A stretch of 64,000 nucleotides of DNA from Massalongia carnosa (taxonomy: Eukaryota), in assembly GCA_965645245.1 (NCBI GenBank), contig OZ287070.1, forward strand, positions 558,001 to 622,000, read 5' to 3'. Each line of letters opens with the position of its first letter. Position 1 is the first letter of the stretch. The notes below the pieces were generated by a model. It did not search any database and had not been told where the DNA came from. It saw only the letters and a program-made list of their open reading frames with translations. Position numbers and translations under genes: made by a program. Positions 41,318 through 52,863 of this stretch are shown here, piece after piece.

Positions 41318-44300
41318 TCATCTCCAAGCGCCTTTCCCTCCAAGCATAAAACTTCCTCTGGAGCCGCCACTGCCCGTAATAGCGGTGCTCAACCGCGCCA
41401 CTTCTCTACCCACCGGCCCACTCTCCTTTGGTCTTCCATCACCCAGCGTGGTTCGTCGTGTGCCTGCATGTTTGACCACGGGCGCGGTGCGAGGACTTAG
41501 GATGGTGGGTCTCCATTCATTTTCCTTTTCGCTCTTGACCATTCGGCGTGCATGGGAAGCGGTGAACATGGTATTTTCGTTCGGAGGGCTGCCGGAAGTG
41601 GTTGCTGTGGGACTGCGTCTTCGCTGGGGCCGATGGGCTGGATTGAGGGAGCCAGCCCCCCCCGAAGAAGCGCGCTTGATGGCTGTGCTGATGTAAATGG
41701 CATCACTCTTGTTTGCTCGCCATCGATCATCGAGGTCGGATCCTGAATTGTTAGCGCTGTCATTGGCGGCCATGTCATTGTTCACGCTCTGGACATGTTG
41801 CAGAGATGATCGATTCGCAGCTTTGCTTGGCTCGATGTCTCTTAAAGGTGAATGATCGGAATCGGACGAAAAACTAGTAATGGTCGGTGGCAAAGGAGAG
41901 CCATCCGTTTTCTTGGCGAGAAATCCCGCCTTGAAACGATTATGCCTGGGCTTGGCTTCTAAAGTTGACACAAGCGGAGCGGGAATGGGAGATGACTCGT
42001 TGAAGTCTGAAAAAGAGATGGGCTCGGTTCTCGATTCGAAAGTAGGAGCTGCGGGAGGGAAGGATAGTGAAGGCTCAGGGGATGAAAAGTGAGGGGAGTG
42101 ATTCACCCTCTGTGGAGTCTTTTCGAACTCTGCTAACGTGCCCTCATCGGTATCATCCCGCCAACGCACACCCCGCTTGGCTCCTTTTACTGGCGATTTT
42201 TTCTTTGGGGTGAAGGACATGCCTTTCTTGATGGCTCCGACTTTTCTTCGTTTTGGTGATGCTCGCACAGGGCTGGAGAGCAAAGGTGGAGCAGCCGCAA
42301 AAGATGCAGTCGCTGCATTTCTCAGCGGAGTTCCGCTAACAAGTAATGGCAATTGCTTCTTGCGTTTCGGTGTCCCAGACCGCGTTGGCGGATATATTTC
42401 AGCGGGTATCAAACTGCCGTCGGGCTTGATGACATGCGAGGTAACCGTCGTGCAGGAGTTCAGTATCTTTCCAAGTACGCTTTTCGCGGCTTCAATGGCT
42501 TCGTCCTCGCTCATGCTTAAAATCCCACGGATAGCCGCCATCGTCTCAAAATGTACTTGGAGCAAGACTTGGACCAGTGCAACGTCGCCGCTTTTCTCGT
42601 CTTCAGCCACAGCTATCAAAGCCTCTCGGTCTGCGTTGGTCTTGAGTAGTTCCGCTTCTCGGTGAAGACAAGCTGCATCTTGCCCTTCGATTCCTGCGTC
42701 AACCTCGTTGAGCTGCCTGATACCATTTTGCAAGGCCGAATCGATAGCTCGTACCCAGTTGCTTTTGGCCAACCGTTGATGATAGTGGTGTCTGCTGCCT
42801 TCTAATTCTAGAAGGATCCCCTGTGCAGTTTTTCGCATTGAAGTGAGGTTGCAAAGCGTATTCTCCTCCTCTTGACTATCACACACATGGTCCAACGCGG
42901 CAACCCATGAGTTTATCATACATATTCTTCGCTCAATTCGCCGCAGCTTCTTCATGTTACTAACCTTCTCTAAGCGCTCCTTCTCGGAATTTTCATATGC
43001 CGTTCGTATCCTAGCGATTCCCTCTCTTGTGATAATCTCCCGCTTCTCGTCCTGTTTCCGGATTTTGGCGAACGCTGCTCCCTCATGATCTTTCTGCTGT
43101 TGTCTAAGTTCATTGATCAAAGCCATCTGCTCATCAATTTTAACTAGGAAGTCTTTTACATGCCTGTTTACGTTGTAGACATTCCGTGTGACCTTAGTTT
43201 GGATATTTTTTGCCCGATTGGCATAGCGTAGGGTATTATGGGTCTCATCAAAGTGCTGACTCGACGGGCTCACACAAACAATCATGACAGTCTTACAGTT
43301 ACCACCCAAGGAGAACTTGAGAAGTCTGGTTAGTTTTGAGTTTCGGTATGGCACGTGATTTCGCTTTCTTGGATCACAAAGCGCGTTGATACAACCGCCT
43401 AGGGCAAGGAGCGATTTATTGATATTGGCGCCTTCGATGAGCCTTTCTCCTCGATTCTTTGTTGCGCTTGCTCGCTCACTTCCTGCTAGATCTATAATGC
43501 TCAAGGTCGCCATAGTATGGGGCTCGTTAACATCAGCGTTTCGATCTTTTTGTGAGACATTGATCTGAAGCACTGCGTGTGATCGAGAGGAGGTAGCGTT
43601 TGCCTCTGTTGGTGACATAGTCCGGTACTCGTTCCCTCTCACAATCATATCCATGACCTCTTGCACATTTTGGGGGTGGTGGCTGGAAAGGCCCGCTACC
43701 GATACTGCTTGGTTGGCATCCTCTCTTAACATTAACCCTTGTTTACTTCCACCTGGAACAAGCAGGTCCCGGATGGTTTCGTTGTAGATTTCCAAGTAAG
43801 ATAGACAGACCTCTGTCACCTTCTCTTCCGTGCGCTCTCCTATGCGTTCGAACAATTCTTGCATTGTCAGAAAAATCACTCCAGGTTCCTGCACTGTCCC
43901 GGTAATCGTGTGTGTTTTCCCACAGCCTGTAGCGCCATACGCACAAACTGTCGCATTGTAACCGTCTAGCACGCTGTCTAATAGACTCCTGGTTGTGGCT
44001 TCATACACATCGCCTTGGGTGGTATTCTCATCGAACACCCTATCGAAGCCAAAAGTCTGATCTTTTGACCTTCTACCATGAGGCCCAGCAGATTTTGACA
44101 TTCGCTGAATTGCATGATCTTCAGGAGGATCAAAAATTCTGTGAACCCATCAGCCCTGCGCGTGAACGCGTTCTCAGAGTACCTACAAGCATTTATCATC
44201 CACCACTTTCAGGACTGGGCGGATTCCCTTTGAGGTGATTTTAGGTGTTGGAATTCCAGCGAGAGATCCATCACCTAAGAAGAGGGGCCCATCAGGAATG

Positions 44301-44441
44301 TGAGTCAATTGTGCCGCTTCTCGAACCTGTAAATATGCGTTAGTATGTGGATTAGCCCGGTCCTGGGGTGGGGAGACTTTCGGTGAATGGGCGAACTCGG
44401 ACTGCTACACTGATTGAAGATGCGCCATCCGAGGCTGCCAT
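41318..44441 (-). CDS. KIP3: Kinesin-8 motor (Kip3/KipB/Klp5-6 family), 3 exons
   Basis: SISVAVRVRPFT|VREAAQL, FDRVFD, P-loop AYGATGCGKTHT, NATSSRSHA, IIDLAGSERA, HVPYRNSKLTRLLKFSLGGNCKT, kinesin-8 neck NRHVKDFLVKIDEQ. Confidence 0.95.
44327..44381 (-). other. Probable non-canonical GA-AG spliceosomal intron (kinesin-8 intron 1, 55 nt)
   Basis: Minus strand reads CCATTCACC|GAAAGT...TACTAAC...TTTACAG|GTTCGAGAA. This junction restores the family-typical RVRPFTxREAAQ. Confidence 0.7.
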
Positions 44442-44971
44442 CTTACCCGTGAGAGTGTTGGAATAGTATAGAGTGCCAATAATGGTAGCTCAGACAGTGG
44501 TATGGAATGCTTCTTTCTTGCGTAGAGGTTTCTCAGATGTTTGATGTTGTAAAAGTTGATTTTGCTTTCCTTGTTCAGGCCTAGTTCCCGGTTGTCACGG
44601 GCAACCCAGTTTTAGAACACCTCACCACATCATGCCAGTCCTTCAGCCTCAATATTCTCCTCAGCTATCTAACGTAAAGTAGGTACCTCGAGAGTATACA
44701 GTTTAAGTGTACCACTAATGTTCGCAAATGTTAGCAGCTTCCAACTAATAAGGAACGCAAGTGAATTGGTTTGTTATAATGCTTCCAAAAAAATTTAGTT
44801 TAGATCCAGAAGTCCCAACTCTTACGGTCAAATCAAACCACGACGTTCCTCTCCAGCACCACTCTAGTGAAAGAAGAAGAGTGAAGTCATGCCATATCAT
44901 ACTGAGAAGCACAGAGTTAGAAGATAATAGCTCCAAGCAATGCTTGCGATGCTCGGCTAATAACATGATCC

Positions 44972-45572
44972 TTAATCCTCATCTGTGGGTATCGCCCCAT
45001 CCGAACTACTTTCGGTATCTTGGTCAAGAAATGAAGGTTGCCCACGATTGCTCTTGATTGCCTCGAACATTACCTCGCCAGGGCTTGGTAAGATCACGTC
45101 CCATTCATCCTTATCTATATCCGCTCCATCCTCTGCTCCATCCCTAAATCTGAATGCCAGGATTGCTCCATCCCTCAGTCCAGCTCCCAGGGGACCACTG
45201 TTTAAAACGCTACCCTTCCGAATTCCTTTTGGTTTCTTTTCCCCTTTATCATCCTCATCTGCCTCTGGTATTTCCAAGCCCACCCATCCTAGGTCTAAGT
45301 TAAGGTTGTCAACCGGGACACCAAAGATAATGTCGTCTGCGTTTGAGGGTAGGAAGTTCCCATTTATATCGTGTACACCTGTAGCTTTGATTGCTTCAAG
45401 GAGATCAGACTTGATGGAGCTGAAAGACTGTTCTGGAGACACAAAAAGAAGAACTGTAGTTTTGTGTTGCTTGAATCGTAGGGTCCATTGCTGTTCATTA
45501 GGAACCTTGGAAGGCTGATTATTTGAGCATTGGTTTCCCAGAGCAAGTCATTTTCTAGATTTCACTTACCAT
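44972..45572 (-). CDS. Small conserved fungal hypothetical protein with acidic C-terminus; first coding exon is ATG only
   Basis: ATG|GTAAGT intron (45515-45569), then PSKVPNEQQWTLRFKQHKTTVLLFVSPEQSFSSIKSDLLEAI...IIFGVPVD...GW...AGLRDGAILAFRFR...WDVILP. Confidence 0.75.
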
Positions 45573-45813
45573 TTTGAAGTTTTTTAGAACATGCGTAGAA
45601 ATTATGAAGACATTTAGGAAGGGAACTAATACCGGGACACTCCTTTTCGGGAGCTTCTATACCTCAGACGTTTTCTATTTTTCATACTACGTAGCTCCCG
45701 CAGCACTATTAGTCAGCCCTATTTGCTTACTTACATCACCTGGCTTATGTTCAATGAACATACACTATTCAACCCCACATAAGTATAGTAAATTTCTCGC
45801 TGCTTAGATGAGA

Positions 45814-45924
45814 AAACCCCCCCCCCGGTGGCAGCATATAAAATTTCCTCCGGCGCCAACATAGAAAAATTACCCCGGTGCCAACATAGAAAATTCCCCC
45901 CGGCGCCACATAGAAAACCCCCCC
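45814..45924. repeat. Subterminal tandem repeat of the inner MULE, about 25-bp unit x4
   Basis: Units like CCCCGGYGCCAACATAGAAAAWT repeated directly downstream of the transposase stop. Confidence 0.7.
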
Positions 45925-48158
45925 TTAGTCATCACTTTCATCTCGTCGCCGCTTCCAAAACCCCCCCGTCGCCGCCTCATCTTTCAGCTCTTGCAAGGCC
46001 TCCTCCACCCCCTGTCTTCTGATTGGGCCAGTCAATTTCTCCAGCCAGCCAAGCCATCTCTCTATTTGAGGATTTCTTTCCTCAGCTGTCCAATCAGCGG
46101 TGTGCTCCATAACTTCGTAGAATTTCTCTTTTATAGTGTCTAAAACCTCCCTCATCTGCAGCATATAACGATCAGGTTCCTCGATATCTTCGTGACGTTC
46201 AATATTCAGTCTAGCCGACGTTTCATACACCTCAAAGCCGCTATCTTCAAACATCTCGGCCCAAGCCAACCAATCGGACTCCTGAAACGTCTCGAAAACG
46301 ATGTGATAATGCCATAGATGCCTGCATAGAAGTTGATATTGTCGATAAAATAAACAATCTACAGGACATGTCAGCTCATCTGGCATTTCACCTGTCGGTG
46401 CTTCACCGTCTGCTAGGCTTTTAGCAGCTAGCTTCCATTGATCAACGATAAGCTTTTGCACTGGAAAGGGAAATTTTCGTAGATGAGGGCATTCCTGGCA
46501 TTCGGCCGTGCTAGTAGTACGAAAGCTAGCTTTTTCAGCGCGAGCTCTATTTTCCCATTGATCCCCTACGCGAAGCACATGATTTGCAGCCCCCGTCAAC
46601 GAAAAAGTCATGAAATCCGCTTTACCTATTAATGTGGCGAATGAAGCTTCAAAAATATGACGATCTCACCATCTGCATGCTTTTTGATGGATGCATGCCA
46701 AGATTCAACCGGATTAGTGGTCATGCATTGCATCAATAAGCATGAATGCTGACGGGCATAATTAGCCCATTGAGACTTAGCCAACATCTATTCTCGTTCT
46801 ATATATTGACGTTTTTCTTCAGGAGCTGCTTTTAAAGCTTTTTTGATACTCTCATCGCATCCGGGCTCGGTTTTCCTGAAATATAGAGCATCATATAGAT
46901 GCTTTCTGGCATTTTGACATCTGGCACCACTAAGTTTCGATTCAACGTACGCTCTGAATGGGTGCGACAAAGAAAATGTGAAACCTCCATCTCCCCTGCT
47001 ATCAGGCCTTGAAAGGCAAGGCTGACGCCTCGTTGCTCGGCTGCAGAATCATCGGTGATGATGTAACGAAGTCTCCATGCCCTAGACCATTGTTTGATTT
47101 GACGAAGAAATTCTCCAATGATATCACCGTCTTCGTTGCTAGCTAGCATATGAGCTCCAGGATCCAGCTTCCATATTCGTCGCGAATCATCAGGGTAAAT
47201 AATTTCCATTTCAGATGATTAGTATTATGAGTGCTATCCATCAAAGTCAAATGACACGTTTCATCAAAATTTTCAATCTAGACCTTTTTGCAAATGTTAT
47301 AGCGTATGATTTTTCTCCATCAACTGCACGACTTATTTCAAGCTTTGCAACTAAAACGTCTTCGCCCAATACTTGCAAAGCATCAAAACAATCCTTCAAT
47401 TGATCAACCCAGGCCTCTTTAGCCCCCAATACTCGTGCATCAGGATGCGCTCTTTTGAAATCAATGCTAGCATTGTGAACGGCCTTGAGGTTAAAATGCG
47501 AGCCCCCTGCGTCTTTCAAAGTTTCGGAATTTCCCAGCTATTTGATGCCTTGCATATTTCGATTGACGACGGCCGGGGTGTATCCTTTTGCCACCTCTTT
47601 GCCTGCAGTGAGTTTGATTGCGGAGTTGATTTTGATACCATCTAAATATTCCAAAGTATGATTGTGCTCCTGCTGATCAAGCTTTTTTTCTGCATATGCA
47701 TATAACCTCACCGTTAGCAGATTATCTGCATCATCAAATGATTTCAATATAGCTAATTTTTTGCTGCAGGAAGAAGTTATTCTTAGACGTTTAGCTCGAA
47801 TTCCATGTCCCTCGGATTTTTTTTCGACGTAATTTTTCCATAGCCTACAGTACCAATAGGATTTTTGAATCCGTTTCTTCGTCATCGCCCCTGTATGATT
47901 ATGCACCTAGATGTTGTCCACAAACGGCTAGAATTGTGCATATTCATCCGCCGTCCAAATCAACTCTGCATGCAGCTGAAATGCTTGCTGACGAATCAAT
48001 AACAGATTAGGTGGAAGAGACAACAAGGTGGAAAGCGGAAGCGGAGCGGAGGAAGCTGGTCCTCGGGCGACAGTCAGTTGACTGTTGACGTCTTGATTGA
48101 CGGCGTCTTGACCATCAAGGTCGCTTTCGGGTTTGGTGGCATCGAAATATGAAGACAT
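45925..48158 (-). pseudogene. MULE transposase pseudogene
   Basis: WRKY/GCM1-like finger (YWYCRLW...SSC...EHNH), catalytic motifs LMDSTHNTN, YIITDDSAAE, FLCRTH and TTNPVESWH, SWIM-like C.FYRQYQLLCRH. Four in-frame TAG stops, at least three 1-bp frameshifts, one intron near 46627-46670. Confidence 0.9.
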
Positions 48159-49439
48159 GTTGAATAACTTCAAAGTTGGAGACAGCGAGGTATTGTGGTG
48201 GGGCGACACGTGTCATCTATAGTCAGGTGACACGGCAGGCCTATGTGGAGATAAAACGGATTCTTTGCTGGCGTTTTCTTCATCATCTCCAGACATCATC
48301 TTCTATCACCTACGCTGTCATCATCATCGTCGTGTCACGTAGTCATCGACACACGTTCATTTCGTGCATCAACTAGTCGTTCAGTCGTTCAGTCGTTGAG
48401 TTCTTTTCATGTCTATACAGTCGTAGGTCCATTCAGACGTTTGTGTGTATGTATGTGTTCACTGCTCAGTTCGCCATCTATCATCACGTACCACCACCTT
48501 CCATTAGCACGCACGACCACCCTTCTTCAGTATGATTATTGAAGACGGTGAGATGGGGGAGACGCGTCCCATGTTTACATCAATACTTAGTTTTAGCCCT
48601 TACGAGGTTAGGGGGCTGACTAATTATGCAGCGGGAGCTATGAGGTATGAAATTTAAAAAACGTCTGAGGTTTAGAAGTCCCCCCCTTTTCACTACCTTG
48701 ACACCCTCATTCTCTAGGTTAACACCCCCAAGTAAGCTAATTCGATTGAGTATAAATTTCCCTCGGACGCAGAAACAACTGAAGAAAACATTCTCGATTT
48801 GAAGAAAATTCAGGTGTGTTTTAGACAGTCGTTTGATGCTTCCTCGATGATCGTTTTCAATGAATTGAGCTTCATTTCGTATTTACATTCGAAAGGCCTG
48901 AAACAAATCCACTTCATCTGCTTCAATCGATTGGATAGCTTCACCGGAGACCACCTCTTCATCTTGTGACGGCTCATCATTCCTCTCTGCCCCGTCCTCG
49001 CCTCGCCCCCGTCCTCGACCTCGCCTCCGCATCCGCCTTCGCCCCCGCCCCCGCCTCGGAGGCCCATTCAACATCTCCTCGACATGTTCGAACTCTGATA
49101 ACTCCCGTTGAGTAGAGTTATCAGCCTTTCGTTGCTCTTTCCGATTGTAAACGCATCGTGATTATAGGACGACCTATGAAATGCATGCAGGTATGAGTGC
49201 AGAAATTTTCGAAGTTCCAGCTCCGGAACGGATAAACTATCTAATCGGGTTAGCTTACTTTGGGGTGTTAACCTAGAGAATGAGGTGTCAAGGTAGTGAA
49301 AAGGGGTGTCCCGGTATTAGTTCCCTTTATGAATGGATGAAACATATACTATATTTAGCATTTACATCAGCCCTATAGAACTTTAGATTAGATAGCTGAA
49401 GCGGCCCGGCAAAGCCAAGCCTTAGGCGCCAACTCGAAA

Positions 49440-49660
49440 GGCTCGCTTACATTCACCTTTCCCATAATAAGAGCCTTTTCATCTGTTGCTACTTTCACCA
49501 TGACTTCAAGTTCCCCTCAACAGCTGGCTAAAATAAAAGTGGTTATATGGAAAGAATACCGACAAATCGCCCAGCATGAAATAGAGACCTGGGTCAAGTA
49601 CTGCCACAAACGTCCTCAGCGCTGGAATCGATGTACGTATATTGCAATGAACGACGAACG
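49440..49660 (+). mobile_element. Possible highly degenerate Tc1/mariner transposase C-terminal fragment
   Basis: HSP-like motif followed by KIKVVIWKEYRQIAQHEIETWVKYCHKR resembles the last helices of DDE_3 transposases; no TIRs found. Confidence 0.25.
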
Positions 49661-51325
49661 TCTCAGATTACTTACCCAGGGACTTTGGACCAAACTCATC
49701 CCGGAGCGTCTCGGGAAAGAGGCCATCTCTCTACCTTCGAGACTGCCTTCTCAAACTCGTTCAGAAGAACTAATGCAGCTACTAAACAGAATTATACCCT
49801 ACGAGAATGATTCTTAAGTGCTCCAAGATGCATCGGATTTACTACAAAAGGAACCCATTCGTCTTCGAACTGCATGGCATCAGTCTAGATGGCCTCACCC
49901 ATCAGTTTTAAAGTTCTATAAAGAATTTTTAACATCTTAAAGTTTAAGAGATGTATGGCGAACCGGAGATGAAAGGCTTTTACGTGGACTACGAAACCTT
50001 TGAAAAAATCATGTCCAGCGTGAAGTAAAGGAATTATCATTACCAAATTCCAAAGTACAAAAGGCTAAAACCTCACCTTATAGACGCGTTTTACAAGCGT
50101 TGATCCTTCTCAATATATCATACTCGTCATGCGGCTACGGAACCCCAACATGGTCTTGCTACGTCGGGCTGGTTTCTTTGTAAATGAAAGTCACCTCCGA
50201 GGTAGTCCAGGTGCTTGGCTCGAATCCACGTTTTTTTTTTCCAAGCTGAAGTTTTCATAAGTGAATGTAATCTGAAAGGATTTCAAGACTTAATTAAAAC
50301 AATCCAACGCCTAGCAGCCAAGGAATCAAGAAATCTACATCTGGAACCACTTTACCATATCAGTCAATACAGACATTACGGGAAGTGAGCACGATACCAC
50401 GATACTCACCACGGAATCTTTTCATAATAAGGAATACGCAATTCAAGAAGTAGCACATCGAGAAGCAGAGTTATGGTTTAAACGCAGGACGAAAAGAGAT
50501 AATGATTGCGTTAAAGACATTAACAGAGGTAAAGCTAGAAGATTACCTTGTCCTTCGTCAAGCTAAGAAAGAAAATAACAATACTTTAGTTAGTTTGGAA
50601 ACTTCTCACCATCAAGAGTAGAATTAGCCATCTCCAGGCTGCTATGCTATCCTTATATTTCCTCGCCAGTCTCTTCGAATGTAACATCCAAATCGACTAA
50701 CTAAAAGGCACCCACTCGGAGGGATTGCTGAATAGCACATCCGATCTCTGATGTTTCTAAGGTCTCATCTAGCTGTACAACAACTTGATCAAGAAATTCT
50801 GGCCAACGTTGTTTTGGACGGCTTGGGCAATGGCTATTAAGGATTGAGTAATCTTGGACACGCTTTAAATATCACAGCTATACCATAATATCTTCTCAAA
50901 GCTATATAATGTTCAGAGCGCATGTTTGTATTTATTTCTCACCATTCATAGTTTACGGCGCATATGAGTAGTTGATAGGATTTGGAAAAGGAGAATATTG
51001 TTAGATACTTCTTATTATAACGTATTTTAAGCATGTCAAAACTGAAGCCCCTTAATTCATGAGGCCTTTGGAATGGGTACCCGCAACAGATACCTACTAT
51101 TATTATGTACAAACTGGTCATAGAGGTTATCAAGAACAACCGTATAGTATCATAATGAAGCTGAATCATGTGCAATCAAGGATCCATGTCGTAAAGAGCG
51201 ACTTCGACGTTCAGTGTATTGTCACGTGATAGTTTCTTAGCACTAGCCGAAAATAAGTTAGTCAACATCTATTCCTTAACGTCACTTATAGCGAAACTCC
51301 TCTCAATTGTCAAAATTCTCACACA

Positions 51326-51982
51326 ATGGAGAATCCTTTAGCGGAGGAAGCAGTAGATTTCTCAACAGCAACTGCTGAAACATATCAAGACCGTCTCTCA
51401 ATCCCATACATAGGTCGCATCTCCGCTGCGACTACTGGCGCGTTCCTCACCGGCATGTTTCTAGGGCTTTCCCACGGTATGCAGACATCTGCACTACGCT
51501 TTCGAGCCGAAAACTCCCATCGATTCCCAACCACGTCGATAGGATGGTACCTTTATCACAAGAGCAAAAACTACCATGTCATGCTGGGGGGCGTGAAAGA
51601 GGGATTCAAGATGGGATTGAAAGTAGCCTTTTGGGCTGGGGGATTTTTCGTGGTCGAAGAAGCTGTAGATAGGCTGAGGGGAAGAAGAGACTTCGTTTCC
51701 ACTTTGGTTGCTGGGCTAGGGATTGCTGGAGGATTTTGTACTTGGAGTAAGAACATTTTAAGGTTTGGGTGTGTGTCTCATGGGTAATATGCTGACTGTT
51801 TCATGGCAGATAGATTTCCTCTCATTACTGCTGCCCGCACAGCTAAAGTAGGATTGTATACTGGAATAGCCTATGGGCTCTGCCAGGATGCCTTGAGCCT
51901 GGCAAGAGGCCGACGGTTAGGATATGTGGATTTTCTGCTTGGGAAGAATCACCAGCCTGCCATGGATAACAGGATAATTTGA
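51326..51982 (+). CDS. Conserved fungal membrane protein with Tim17/Tim22-like Gly-rich helices, 2 exons
   Basis: DRLSIP...GMFLGLSHG...LRFRAENSHRFPTT..GWYLYHKSKNYH...GGVKEGFKMG...EEAVDRLRG.RDFVST; intron about 51747-51809; exon 2 GIAYGLCQDALSLARGRRLGYVDF; stop TGA 51980-51982. Confidence 0.85.
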
Positions 51983-52863
51983 GGCGATCGATTGGACTAA
52001 AACATCGTCCATTCGGTGGAAAAGTTAAAATCATACTTTGGGGCACTAAACCGATGCAGAGACAATTCTAGGAATTGAAGCTGTAGCAAACTTCCAACGT
52101 CTCGTTCTTGAATCGCCAATCTATCCTGCTGGTATTTTCTGGCAAAATTTGTATCCTGCCTAGAGAATTGGCTTGATTCTTACCATGAAGCTGCCAGCAC
52201 CAGGAAGCGAACGAGCGACCAAAGATGGGCTAAGGCTATAGGTATGCTATTCACCCGTATGAACAGTCCTCTGCGATACTTTGCCGGTTTGGTTTGAAGC
52301 TCCCGAGGATCGCCTTTCATCAAGTAAAGAAGTCTAGATAGCAAGGGTTCCCCAGCAGTTATTATACACTCACCTATCAAGAACTTATAAGCCGATGAAT
52401 TGCCTCATTTGGGCGGTGCAAAGTTATGGGTCCATTATTGCAGCAATGGCAGTACACTAGGCATCAGGTTCTACTAAACACGAGAAGTCTCTAGCTTCTA
52501 GCGACCTGCCTCTTACCTTTATATTTTCAAGTTACTGGCCTGGTAACGGTCTTGTATCGTACATTTCGTAGCGATTATTAAACCCCGAGAGAGTTGTATC
52601 TCGTCAAGATTGAATCTTAGGCTGAAGATGTATTTTGCCAATAATGTATCATACTCTTCACCTGTGGGTTGACTCTTGTCCTCTTCCTCCTTCTCTATAT
52701 AAACACCCTCCTTCTCTGCTTTGTCTTTCGTTTCTTCAACATGGCCTTCGAACTCAGCATCTGTAGAAGAAAGACTCTATTCTTCGAACCTGCAACCGAT
52801 ACTAGACCTTTGCAAGAACGAGCTATCCACACAAGAACTCCCAAACCCAGGCTTCTTTCAAAC

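Larger units (their letters stand above)
45649..48682 (-). mobile_element. Inner full-length Mutator-like (MULE) DNA transposon, about 3.0 kb
   Basis: About 72-bp imperfect TIRs beginning GGG (45649-45720 and about 48612-48682), 9-bp TSD CTCCTTTTC / CCCCTTTTC, internal transposase remnants. Confidence 0.9.
45621..49325 (-). mobile_element. Outer, internally deleted Mutator-like element (about 660 bp of own sequence) whose left TIR is split by a nested MULE
   Basis: Left TIR 45621-45648 plus 48692-48747 matches the reverse complement of about 49243-49325. Flanked by TTTAGGAA / TTTATGAA (8-bp TSD, 1 mismatch). Interior keeps a transposase-tail-like fragment NSTQRELSEFEHVEE...RGRGRGRG (about 48883-49150, minus). 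Confidence 0.8.

Noticed and set aside
41385..45518. Long antisense ORFs (e.g. 42138-42665, 44985-45518; likewise 3488-3988, 4178-4630, 35126-35500)
   Set aside because: These are shadows of real genes on the opposite strand, expected from codon bias and low complexity.
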